Virus record (IMG/VR): IMGVR_UViG_3300038675_000433 | Location: 1 to 29,240 of that record | Length of the DNA: 29,240 bases | Strand: one strand, 5' to 3' | From: a virus | Taxonomy: Duplodnaviria > Caudoviricetes | In this document: positions 1 to 8,369 of the stretch, one piece after another | Layout of the letters: the number at the start of each line of letters is the position of its first letter | How positions within the stretch are numbered: the first letter of the stretch is position 1 | Translations under genes and position numbers: made by a program | Notes under the pieces: generated by a model | What the model was told of the DNA's origin: nothing | What the model saw: only the letters and a program-made list of their open reading frames with translations | The model's database searches: none

Positions 1-1083
1 CACCCTGACAAGCTGGCAGATTTGATAGCAGACAGCATACTAGATGGCTGCCTTGAACAGGATAAAGCCAGTCGTGTTGCGTGTGAAGTGCTACTCTCTG
101 GCAAAAATGTGTTCGTCGTTGGCGAAATAAGATCTGTTGCGGATGTAGATTATGTGGGCGTCGTACGGGCTGTGATAGAGAGTGTCGGGTATAACATAAA
201 GGATTTAGAGATAAAAATAGCAATTCATGAGCAAAGTCCGGACATTTCACAGGCTGTTGATGGCGAAGAGCAGGGCGCTGGAGATCAAGGAGTGATGTAC
301 GGCTACGCTACTGACGAAACTCTGTCCTTTATGCCTCTGCCTATTACATTAGCTCATAGGATAACAGACAGATTAACCTACTGTAGAGAAAAGCAGATTA
401 TTAAAGGCTTATTACCTGATGGCAAATCCCAAGTTTCAATAAAATATATAAATGGCAGGATAGCAAGAATTGTATCTGTAATTGTATCGGCTCAGCATGA
501 CGAGGGAATGAAGCTTGAAGATTTGCAGCGCGATATTAAAGACAAAGTTATTGATAATGTTTTTAAGGATATAGGTCTTGACGAGGATACGGAAATACTC
601 ATAAACCCGAGCGGCAGGTTTGTGCTTGGAGGTTTTGAAGCCGACAGCGGGCTTACCGGAAGAAAGCTAATGGTGGACACCTACGGCTCAGCCGCAAGGC
701 ATGGAGGCGGTGCCTTCTCAGGCAAGGATGCAAGCAAGGTAGATCGTAGCGGAGCATATATGGCAAGATATATTGCTAAGAACATAGTTGCTGCTGGATT
801 GGCAGAGCAATGCGAGGTGGCAATAAGCTACGTTATAGGAAAGGCTGAGCCTACAAGTGTAGATATAAATACATTTTATACAGCAACAGTCAATGAAGCT
901 CTCATAAAGAAAGCAGTATTAGAGGTCTTTGATTTAAGACCTGCAAAGATAATAGAAAGACTGAAACTGAAAAAGCCTATCTTTGCCCAAACTGCAATAG
1001 GCGGACATTTTGGTAAAAATAACTTGAGCTGGGAGAAAGTAGACAAGATTGAAGCGTTGAAAAGGGCTATTTTACGGGTTTAA
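1..1083 (+). CDS. metK: S-adenosylmethionine synthetase, phage-encoded (5' end outside window)
   Basis: Frame 1 from base 1 reads HPDKLADLIADS (GHPDK motif). Signatures GAGDQG, DSGLTGRK and GGGAFSGKD..KVDRS are present. Confidence 0.96.
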   Translation, partial: HPDKLADLIADSILDGCLEQDKASRVACEVLLSGKNVFVVGEIRSVADVDYVGVVRAVIESVGYNIKDLEIKIAIHEQSPDISQAVDGEEQGAGDQGVMYGYATDETLSFMPLPITLAHRITDRLTYCREKQIIKGLLPDGKSQVSIKYINGRIARIVSVIVSAQHDEGMKLEDLQRDIKDKVIDNVFKDIGLDEDTEILINPSGRFVLGGFEADSGLTGRKLMVDTYGSAARHGGGAFSGKDASKVDRSGAYMARYIAKNIVAAGLAEQCEVAISYVIGKAEPTSVDINTFYTATVNEALIKKAVLEVFDLRPAKIIERLKLKKPIFAQTAIGGHFGKNNLSWEKVDKIEALKRAILRV

Positions 1084-1155
1084 TAAGGCTTTAGAAAAAG
1101 TGTAAGAAAACATTAAAAATCTATTAAAAATATGTGTTTTTCTTCGATTTTACCC

Positions 1156-1207
1156 TAGACTTATCCTGTTCTTTGCGGTATTGTTGTCCCTACCAAAAGA
1201 TAGGAGG
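1156..1207 (+). promoter_or_regulatory. Sigma-A-like promoter plus conserved leader/RBS (copy 1 of a phage-wide motif)
   Basis: TAGACT (1156-1161), 17 nt, TATTGT (1179-1184), then TGTCCCTACCAAAA and GGAGG. 22 bp (1177-1198) are identical to 4542-4563. Confidence 0.7.
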
Positions 1208-1215
1208 CAAACATC

Positions 1216-2106
1216 ATGAAAGCACAAAGGTTCGGAATGGAAATAGAGTTCACAGGGATAACAAGAGCGACGGCTGCTCAAGCAATAGCGGAAGCACTAA
1301 ACGGTCAGGTGCAATACGACGGAGGCTCATACAGCACCTACTCAGTAAAGGGCGCTGACGGCAGAAAGTGGAAGGTCATGAGCGACGCAAGCATACTGCC
1401 CGAAGCTGTGAGCGGCGATTACGCTGGCAACGACTACAGGTGCGAGTTTGTAACACCAATATGCGAATACGAAGACATGGAAAAGATACAGGCAATCGTA
1501 AGAGCACTAAGAAGGGCTGGAGCAAAGGTCAATGACAGCTGCGGGCTACACATACACATCGATGCAAGCCAGCACACAGCTAAAAGCCTAAAAAACATAG
1601 CAAACATAATGGCAAGCAAAGAGACGCTGCTGTTCAAATCTCTAGAGGTCAACCCTGACAGAGCGGCAAAATGGTGCAAGAAGGTAGAAGGCAAGCTGCT
1701 GGACGACCTAACAAAGAAAAGACCAAAAACGCTGGCTGAGGTCAAGAAAATATGGTACGAGGGTGGCGATGGAAGCTACCAGCACTACCACACCAGCAGA
1801 TACCATGCATTAAATCTGCATAGCGTATGGCAGAAAGGTACGGTTGAGTTCAGAATGTTCAACAGCACACTACACGCTGGAAAGGTAAAAGCTTATATAC
1901 AACTCTGCCTCGCAATAAGCAATCAAGCCAAGATACAGAAGGGAGCAAGCAGAAGAGAGACGGTAAGCACAAACCCGAAATTCACCTTCAGAACATGGCT
2001 GATAAGACTGGGGATGAACGGCGAAGAATACAAGACAGCTAGACTGCATCTCTTAGTAAACCTTGAAGGCGATATAGCCTGGAGAGACGGAAGGAGGGTA
2101 GCGTAA
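1216..2106 (+). CDS. Putative amidoligase (COOH-NH2 ligase type 2 / Amidoligase_2 family)
   Basis: FGMEIEF, W..MSDASI, CEFVTP, SCGLHIHID, RYHALN and TVEFRMFN motifs; strong RBS; adjacent to a GGCT gene. Confidence 0.9.
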   Translation: MKAQRFGMEIEFTGITRATAAQAIAEALNGQVQYDGGSYSTYSVKGADGRKWKVMSDASILPEAVSGDYAGNDYRCEFVTPICEYEDMEKIQAIVRALRRAGAKVNDSCGLHIHIDASQHTAKSLKNIANIMASKETLLFKSLEVNPDRAAKWCKKVEGKLLDDLTKKRPKTLAEVKKIWYEGGDGSYQHYHTSRYHALNLHSVWQKGTVEFRMFNSTLHAGKVKAYIQLCLAISNQAKIQKGASRRETVSTNPKFTFRTWLIRLGMNGEEYKTARLHLLVNLEGDIAWRDGRRVA

Positions 2107-2531
2107 TGAAATATATAGCGTATGGTAGCAATCTAAATCTAAAACAAATGGCAAGAAGATGTCCCACCGCAAAGGTGGTGGGAACAGCTCTGCTGAAAGA
2201 CTATCAGCTGACATTCAGAGGAGTGGCAACAATAGTCCCTAAGTCTGGAGCAATGACACCGGTAGCGGTGTGGGATATAGATGAAATCAGCGAAAGAGCT
2301 TTGGACAGATATGAGGGATATCCTCATCTGTACCGTAAAGAATATCTTGAGATAGAATGCAACGGTCATCTAATGAAAGCTTTATTATATGTTAGGAACG
2401 GCTGTCATCCAAGCTTGCCTTCAATGGGATATTATGAATCAATAAAAGAAGGCTATCTGGATGTCGGACTGGATGAGAGCTTTCTTATAGGAGCGTTGGA
2501 AGATACAGAGCAAAGAATTAAGGCAATCTAA
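2106..2531 (+). CDS. Gamma-glutamylcyclotransferase (AIG2-like)
   Basis: N-terminal YIAYGSNL, QMARRCP and LDRYEGYP motifs; TAATG overlap with the amidoligase stop. Confidence 0.92.
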   Translation: MKYIAYGSNLNLKQMARRCPTAKVVGTALLKDYQLTFRGVATIVPKSGAMTPVAVWDIDEISERALDRYEGYPHLYRKEYLEIECNGHLMKALLYVRNGCHPSLPSMGYYESIKEGYLDVGLDESFLIGALEDTEQRIKAI

Positions 2532-2552
2532 GTTAAGGTAACTAAATATTAT

Positions 2553-2579
2553 AAAGAAGGTACTCAAAGTACCTTTTTT
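2553..2579 (+). terminator. Rho-independent terminator after amidoligase-GGCT
   Basis: AAAGAAGGTACT-CAA-AGTACCTTTTTT hairpin with U tract; possibly bidirectional, since the antisense gene ends at 2637. Confidence 0.8.
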
Positions 2580-2596
2580 CAGTGTATGGAGGATAA

Positions 2597-2647
2597 ATGG
2601 AAACACATAAAATAGCGGTGGAAAGGAAATTTATTCTTATGGTTTAA
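2597..2647 (+). pseudogene. Possible 5' relic of a second ParB-MTase gene (METHKIAVER...)
   Basis: Strong RBS GGAGG before ATG 2597. The first 10 codons resemble ParB-MTase N-termini, and the frame then runs into the antisense gene. Confidence 0.35.
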
Positions 2648-3071
2648 CATCCTTGTGTGTATATTCTTCAAGAATGACATCACTTGCTTTTATTGAGAAA
2701 GTCATCGTTTCTAGTCCATAAGGCGGATTATGAGGTCCGTGAAAAGTAGGAACAGTAATTGAAATTCTATATAGATAATCTGTAGTTAATTTTGTTATGA
2801 AATTAATTTGTGAGCCATCAAGAGCCCATTGCGTAGGCTGTCCAAAATAATCATTTATAGCTTCAGTTATATAAGGATATAAAAGTATTATTATCACAGA
2901 ATCTGCTGCAGAAAGATTATCAACGCTTTTTGTGTGCTGTTGAGATAATTCGTCTATTTTTAAAACGCTAAAAGAGAGTTCTCTAATATTGTCTGTTTTG
3001 TGAACCCTATTACAAGAACAGCAAAAAGCCATAAAAAAAGCTACTAATATAATTACCATTGTTTTCTTCAT
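2637..3071 (-). CDS. DUF3888-like lipoprotein (antisense moron)
   Basis: Start reassigned to ATG 3071 (RBS AGGAGA). MKKTMVIILVAFFMAFCCSC is a lipoprotein-type signal; C-terminal PTFHGPHNPPYG.ETMTF matches my recollection of DUF3888. Confidence 0.7.
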   Translation of the reverse strand: MKKTMVIILVAFFMAFCCSCNRVHKTDNIRELSFSVLKIDELSQQHTKSVDNLSAADSVIIILLYPYITEAINDYFGQPTQWALDGSQINFITKLTTDYLYRISITVPTFHGPHNPPYGLETMTFSIKASDVILEEYTHKDVKP

Positions 3072-3130
3072 GTCTCTTTCTCCTAAGATTATGTTGTTCA
3101 AATCTTTAATTAATATGAAAGTCATATGTA

Positions 3131-3160
3131 GCCGCACTCGAATGAATGCGGTTTTTTCTT
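3131..3160 (+). terminator. Putative terminator hairpin upstream of the MTase
   Basis: GCCGCACTC-GAAT-GAATGCGGT followed by a T tract. Confidence 0.5.
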
Positions 3161-3180
3161 GAAAAGAATAAGGAGTCAAA

Positions 3181-4509
3181 ATGCAAATAGAAAAAGTTGA
3201 AATAGTCAAGCTTAAGCCAGCTACATATAATCCTAGAAAGAACTTGAAGCCTGGAGATGAGGAGTTTGAGAAACTTAAGCGGTCAATAGAGGAATTTGGA
3301 TATGTTGAGCCGGTGATTTGGAATAGACGGACAGGAAATGTGGTAGGCGGTCATCAGCGGCTAAAGGTATTAATGCACTTAGGGCATACAGCGGTTGATT
3401 GCGTTGTGCTGGATATAGATTTACAGAAAGAAAAATCCTTGAACATAGCACTAAACAAAATTAGCGGCGAATGGGATGATAATCTTTTGACGGCATTATT
3501 AAAAGATTTGCAGGATAGCGGATTTGACACTTCTCTTACAGGCTTTGATATGACAGAGATAAGCGAGCTTTTTGACGATGAGGAAGACATTGTCGAGGAT
3601 GAACCACCGGAGGTGGAGCAAGAGGAAGGCAAAGTGCCTTTCACAAACCTTGGCGATATTTGGGAGCTTGGCAGACATCGCCTTATGTGCGGTGATAGCA
3701 CTAAGGAAGAAGATTCTTCAAGTCTGATGAACGGGAAACGAGCCGATATGTATTTAACCGATCCGCCATATAACGTCAATTATGAAAGCGACAGCGGAAT
3801 GAGCATCCAAAACGATAATATGAGCGAAGAAAGGTTTGTGAAATTCCTGATAAACGCCTTCGGCTACGCTAATAAGTCTATTAAGGAAGGAGCTGCATTC
3901 TATATCTGGCACGCAGAAAGTCAGGGCGGAGCTTTTAGGCATTGTTGCTCAAAGGCTTTAGGTAGAGTTAGGCAGATGCTCATATGGAATAAGAACAGCT
4001 TTACAATGGGCAGAAGCGATTATCAATGGAAGCATGAGGCATGTCTTTACGGCTGGAAGGACGGCGCAAGCCATTACTTTATTGATGACAGGACGCAATC
4101 AACAGTGTTTGAGGATAAGAAAATTGATATTAATAAGCTCAAAAAAGAGGAAATGAAAGCGTTACTGAAAGAGATACTCAGTGACAAAATATCAACGACT
4201 GTTCTAAGCGAAGATAAGCCATCGAGGAACACAGAGCATCCTACAATGAAGCCACTGAAGCTGTTAGCAAGGCTAGTAAAGAATAGCAGCAGGATAGAAG
4301 ATATTGTGCTAGATAATTTTGGAGGCAGCGGCAGCACCCTTATAACTTGCGAGCAGCTCAACAGGATTTGCTACACAATGGAGCTTGACCCTAAATACGC
4401 TGACGTCATTGTTAAACGCTACCTAAAATTCACCAAAGCAGAAGAAATATACCTTTACAGGGACGGAACTAGGAAAAAGATAAGTGCCGAAGAGGTTCTA
4501 AACTATTAA
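3181..4509 (+). CDS. ParB-like N-terminal domain + N6-adenine/N4-cytosine DNA methyltransferase (beta class)
   Basis: YNPRK and GGHQR in the ParB domain; HRLMCGDS, TDPPY (motif IV), HPTMKP and LDNFGGSGST (motif I). Confidence 0.95.
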   Translation: MQIEKVEIVKLKPATYNPRKNLKPGDEEFEKLKRSIEEFGYVEPVIWNRRTGNVVGGHQRLKVLMHLGHTAVDCVVLDIDLQKEKSLNIALNKISGEWDDNLLTALLKDLQDSGFDTSLTGFDMTEISELFDDEEDIVEDEPPEVEQEEGKVPFTNLGDIWELGRHRLMCGDSTKEEDSSSLMNGKRADMYLTDPPYNVNYESDSGMSIQNDNMSEERFVKFLINAFGYANKSIKEGAAFYIWHAESQGGAFRHCCSKALGRVRQMLIWNKNSFTMGRSDYQWKHEACLYGWKDGASHYFIDDRTQSTVFEDKKIDINKLKKEEMKALLKEILSDKISTTVLSEDKPSRNTEHPTMKPLKLLARLVKNSSRIEDIVLDNFGGSGSTLITCEQLNRICYTMELDPKYADVIVKRYLKFTKAEEIYLYRDGTRKKISAEEVLNY

Positions 4510-4520
4510 CCGCCTTTTGC

Positions 4521-4572
4521 TAGACTTAAATAATCTATTAAGGTATTGTTGTCCCTACCAAAAACAAGGAGG
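4521..4572 (+). promoter_or_regulatory. Sigma-A-like promoter plus conserved leader/RBS (copy 2)
   Basis: TAGACT (4521-4526), 17 nt, TATTGT (4544-4549), TGTCCCTACCAAAAA, AGGAGG; near-identical to copy 1. Confidence 0.7.
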
Positions 4573-4577
4573 TCAAT

Positions 4578-4862
4578 ATGAATACAGAAAAGGCAGCAAT
4601 GTACATTACAAGGCAAATAGCGCTGGATGCTTCAAAAGATTCAAGCTTTCATAGCGAGCTGTTTCAATCAATGCTGAAATATATAAGCGGCGACTGGGGC
4701 GACTTATGCGAAGAGGATAAGGCTATGAATGAAGAAGCATTAAAGCTTGGTGGAAGAACACTGGCAGCCTATACAACCAGTAAAGGAAAAATCTATATAA
4801 TAACCGACGACACGAAGGCGGTACCTCAAACAACCACCGTACTCTATGCAAACGAATATTAG
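4578..4862 (+). CDS. Hypothetical MGE protein (GDWGDL..ED...N / IYIITD / TTVL..EY family)
   Basis: Strong RBS; motif pattern recurrent in small plasmid/phage proteins; function unknown. Confidence 0.75.
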   Translation: MNTEKAAMYITRQIALDASKDSSFHSELFQSMLKYISGDWGDLCEEDKAMNEEALKLGGRTLAAYTTSKGKIYIITDDTKAVPQTTTVLYANEY

Positions 4863-4872
4863 GAGGTAATTA

Positions 4873-5199
4873 ATGAAAGCCATCATGGTTAGAAAGGCCA
4901 GTAGCCTAAATGACTGGAAAGCAGCAGTAAAGGAATACAACTTGAGGGAAAGCGAAATAGTGATAGAAAAGACCATAGAGCTTAGCGAAAATGAGTTTAA
5001 TGAGTTGTGCAATGATTTCTTCGCTAACAGAAGCTATATCACAAATAATCTAAATCATATGTACATGCAAGACGGGGTCTGGCACTGCATGCTCGTTAAA
5101 AGTCCCTCAAGCAAATTTGGGATACTCATAGAAAGTGAAGGCTATGATTATGCAAGATATACAGGAGTAGTCAATATTAGCGAGGTGCGAAATGGCTAA
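4873..5199 (+). CDS. Hypothetical protein, DUF6329-like
   Basis: RBS AGGAGG; C-terminal HCMLV...GILIESEGYDYARY motif. Confidence 0.7.
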   Translation: MKAIMVRKASSLNDWKAAVKEYNLRESEIVIEKTIELSENEFNELCNDFFANRSYITNNLNHMYMQDGVWHCMLVKSPSSKFGILIESEGYDYARYTGVVNISEVRNG

Positions 5200-5410
5200 G
5201 GAAAAAGCAAAGGTATTCTTTGATAGTCAAGGTCCCAGCGGCAACATCTATCACATTCTTGGAGAGGTAAGCAAAGCGTTAAGGAAAGAGAGCAGAATAA
5301 CCGAATTCAACGAGCTAAGAGACAAGGTATTCTCATCCTCAAGCTATGCGGATGCTCTAAAGGTGATAAGAGAGCATGTTAGCTTAATAGATAAAAGCGG
5401 GCTGGCATAA
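5192..5410 (+). CDS. Small hypothetical phage protein (GPSGNIY.ILG.V..ALRK / SY.DAL..I family)
   Basis: RBS GAGGTG; overlaps the previous stop; motif seen in Firmicutes prophage accessory cassettes. Confidence 0.75.
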   Translation: MAKEKAKVFFDSQGPSGNIYHILGEVSKALRKESRITEFNELRDKVFSSSSYADALKVIREHVSLIDKSGLA

Positions 5411-5412
5411 AT

Positions 5413-5523
5413 ATGTATTGCCTAGAAGACCCAAGAATAACGGTTAAAATAGCAAAGGAATTAGGTTACTGCATAGGTTGTGAAGGCTGCGAGGCGGAGG
5501 AGGAAGAAAGCGAAGCCAATTAA
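5413..5523 (+). CDS. 36-aa cysteine-rich acidic mini-protein (not in ORF track)
   Basis: ATG 2 nt after the previous stop; MYCLEDPRITVKIAKELGYCIGCEGCEAEEEESEAN*; ends just before a terminator hairpin. Confidence 0.55.
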   Translation: MYCLEDPRITVKIAKELGYCIGCEGCEAEEEESEAN

Positions 5524-5540
5524 GATAAAATGAATATGCC

Positions 5541-5568
5541 AACAGTCCGAAAGGGCTGTTTGCTTTTC
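5541..5568 (+). terminator. Terminator-like hairpin closing the small-gene cassette
   Basis: AACAGTCC-GAAA-GGGCTGTT (GNRA loop) followed by TGCTTTTC. Confidence 0.65.
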
Positions 5569-5581
5569 TGAAGGAGGAAAG

Positions 5582-7153
5582 ATGAGCGGGATAAAAAGAG
5601 GCAAAACGCATTATGATAAGTCTCGCGCAGATAGGGCGGTAGCTTTTATACAAATGTTAAAACACACGAAAGGCGTGTGGCATGGGAAGCCTTTTATTCT
5701 TTTACCCTGGCAGGAAAAGATAGTAAGAGACATTTTCGGGACAATCAAGGAAAACGGATACAGGCAGTATAACTACGCTTATGTTGAAATACCTAAGAAA
5801 CAGGGCAAATCAGAGCTTGCAGCGGCTATCGCATTATACCTTATGGCAGGTGATAATGAATGGGGAGCTGAGGTTTACGGATGCGCGGCAGACAGACAGC
5901 AGGCTAGCATTGTTTTTGATGTGGCGGTTGATATGGTTGAGCAATGCCCAGCATTAAAAAAAAGGATTAAGCCGGTGCTTTCGCAAAAGCGATTGGTATA
6001 CACACCTCTAAACAGCTTTTATCAGGTATTATCGGCAGAATCTTATACAAAACATGGATTGAATATTCATGGTGTTGTGTTTGACGAATTACACGCTCAA
6101 CCGAACAGAGCATTATATGATGTTATGATGCATGGCTCAGGCGATGCCAGAAAACAGCCGTTGTTTTTTCAGATAAAGACAGCGGGAACGGATAGAAATT
6201 CTATTTGCTGGGAGGTTCATCAAAAGGCGGAAGATGTTCTATCAGGAAGAAAGATTGATCCGACCTTTTATCCAGTCATTTATGGGATAGACGAAAAAGA
6301 CGATTGGTCAAATGAGAGAAATTGGCAAAAAGCAAATCCAAGCTTGGGAGTTACCGTTGACATTGAGAAGTTGAGGTCGGCATATATGAGTGCAAAGGAC
6401 AATCCTGCAGAGGAAAATCTGTTTAGGCAGTTAAGATTAAACCAATGGGTTAAGCAGTCCATTCGGTGGATGCCTATGGATGCATGGGATAAATGCGCCT
6501 TTCCTGTTAATGAAGAAGATTTGAAAGGAAGAGAATGCTTTGCTGGATTAGACCTGTCTTCAAGCATCGATATTACAGCGTTTGTGCTTGTGTTTCCTCC
6601 CAAAAACGACGATGAAAAATACATAATACTTCCATACTTTTGGATACCCGAGGATACTATAGCGCAAAGGGTGACAAGAGACCATGTGCCCTATGATGTA
6701 TGGCAGTCTAAAGGTAGTATTATGACAACAGAAGGTAACGTTATCCATTATGGGTTTATAGAGAATTTCATTGAAGAGCTTGGGCGGAAATATAACATAA
6801 AGGAAATAGCATATGACCGTTGGGGAGCTGTTCAAATGTCGCAAAATCTTGAAGGTATGGGCTTTACTGTTGTACCGTTCGGTCAGGGGTATAAGGACAT
6901 GTCTCCTCCCACAAAAGAGCTGATGAAGCTGGTGCTAGAGAAAAGGATAGCTCACGGCGGCAATGAACCCTTAAGATGGATGATGGATAATATCTTTGTA
7001 AGAACAGACCCAGCTGGAAACATTAAGCCAGACAAGGAAAAGAGCACAGAAAAAATTGACGGAGCGGTAGCAACTATTATGGCACTGGACAGGGCGTTAA
7101 GGAACAGGGATACGGAGAGTGTATACAATAGTCGTGGGATATTGATTATTTAG
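5582..7153 (+). CDS. terL: Terminase large subunit
   Basis: LLPWQ, Walker A EIPKKQGKSEL, Walker B VVFDELH, nuclease GLDLSS..D and KIDGAVA. Confidence 0.97.
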   Translation: MSGIKRGKTHYDKSRADRAVAFIQMLKHTKGVWHGKPFILLPWQEKIVRDIFGTIKENGYRQYNYAYVEIPKKQGKSELAAAIALYLMAGDNEWGAEVYGCAADRQQASIVFDVAVDMVEQCPALKKRIKPVLSQKRLVYTPLNSFYQVLSAESYTKHGLNIHGVVFDELHAQPNRALYDVMMHGSGDARKQPLFFQIKTAGTDRNSICWEVHQKAEDVLSGRKIDPTFYPVIYGIDEKDDWSNERNWQKANPSLGVTVDIEKLRSAYMSAKDNPAEENLFRQLRLNQWVKQSIRWMPMDAWDKCAFPVNEEDLKGRECFAGLDLSSSIDITAFVLVFPPKNDDEKYIILPYFWIPEDTIAQRVTRDHVPYDVWQSKGSIMTTEGNVIHYGFIENFIEELGRKYNIKEIAYDRWGAVQMSQNLEGMGFTVVPFGQGYKDMSPPTKELMKLVLEKRIAHGGNEPLRWMMDNIFVRTDPAGNIKPDKEKSTEKIDGAVATIMALDRALRNRDTESVYNSRGILII

Positions 7154-7188
7154 GAATATTACAATTTAAGCCTAAATCTACTATAATA

Positions 7189-7265
7189 CGCCTATTAAAT
7201 TAAAATAATAGGCGATAAATGCATAACCTATTGACTTATCGCCTAAAATTATATATAATTAGGTG
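7189..7265 (+). promoter_or_regulatory. Fic promoter with two palindromic operators
   Basis: TTGACT (7231-7236), 17 nt, TATAAT (7254-7259). CGCCTA-N14-TAGGCG at 7189-7214 and CGCCTA-N14-TAGGTG at 7240-7265. Confidence 0.75.
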
Positions 7266-7289
7266 AAACATAAGGAGGTTATGCGCATT

Positions 7290-8339
7290 ATGAGGGCTTT
7301 TGATTACACAAAATTAGCACAAAAACAATGGGACGGCGAGATGCTTGGTTATGTTGCGCAGATACGAGAACATAAAGGGAGGCAAGATCTTTATTTAGAG
7401 CAAAGACCAGCTGAGCTTAAACGGCTTATTGAGATTGCAAAGATACAGAGCACTGAGGCATCAAACAAAATAGAGGGAATTATAACAACCAGCTCTCGTA
7501 TAAAGCAGCTTGTTTTAGATAAAACATCGCCTATTAGCCGTGACGAAGAAGAAATAATGGGCTATAGGGATGTATTAAACACCATACATGAAAGCTATAA
7601 ATATATACAGATTAAAACATCGTATATATTACAGCTTCATCGCGACCTATATCAGTATTCAGAAAAAGCAATTGGAGGGCGTTTAAAGAGCACGCAGAAC
7701 TATATTAACGAGGAAAGAGAAGATGGAAAAACATATACTCGCTTTGTTCCTCTAGCGCCATATGAAACACCTTCAGCAATGGATACAATTTGTGATAGCT
7801 TTAACCGTGTTTTAGATGAATGCGCTGTGGAACCTTTGGTATTAATTCCTATCTTTATAATAGATTTTCTGTGCATACATCCATTTAACGATGGTAATGG
7901 TAGAATGAGCAGACTCCTTACAACACTATTGTTATACAAAAGCGGATATGTAGTAGGTAAATATTTTAGCCTAGAAAGCAAAATAGAGAAAACCAAAGAA
8001 AAATATTATGAAGTGCTAGAGGAATGCTCACAAGGTTGGCACGAGGGTGAAAATGATTATGAGCCCTTTATAAAATATATGCTTGGGATTATATTATCAG
8101 CATATAGGGATTTTGAGAATAGAGTTGATGTTGTCGGAAATAAAATGCCCGCTCAAGATCGCGTAAAAAAAGCTATTGAAAACAAAATTGGTAAGTTCAC
8201 AAAGCGCGACATTATGGAACTATGTCCAAATATTAGCAAGGCATCTGTAGAAAATGCTTTGAAAGACTTTATTAATAGCGGATATATTGAACGGCATGGC
8301 GAAGGACGAGCAACATTCTATGTCAAGAAAGAACAATAG
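7290..8339 (+). CDS. fic: Fic-domain protein (class II, N-terminal inhibitory motif, C-terminal wHTH)
   Basis: HPFNDGNGRMSR catalytic motif; SNKIEG inhibitory motif; C-terminal HTH (FTKRDIMELCP..SKASVENALK..G.GRATFY). Start is ATG 7281 or 7290. Confidence 0.93.
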   Translation: MRAFDYTKLAQKQWDGEMLGYVAQIREHKGRQDLYLEQRPAELKRLIEIAKIQSTEASNKIEGIITTSSRIKQLVLDKTSPISRDEEEIMGYRDVLNTIHESYKYIQIKTSYILQLHRDLYQYSEKAIGGRLKSTQNYINEEREDGKTYTRFVPLAPYETPSAMDTICDSFNRVLDECAVEPLVLIPIFIIDFLCIHPFNDGNGRMSRLLTTLLLYKSGYVVGKYFSLESKIEKTKEKYYEVLEECSQGWHEGENDYEPFIKYMLGIILSAYRDFENRVDVVGNKMPAQDRVKKAIENKIGKFTKRDIMELCPNISKASVENALKDFINSGYIERHGEGRATFYVKKEQ

Positions 8340-8369
8340 TAGATAGTTATAGATAAAAATAATAAACTT

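Noticed and set aside
1134-1358. 74-aa + strand ORF
   Set aside because: It overlaps the promoter and amidoligase in another frame and has no RBS.
3072-3209. Extended N-terminus of the minus-strand 190-aa ORF
   Set aside because: It overlaps the MTase start; the signal peptide and RBS indicate 3071.
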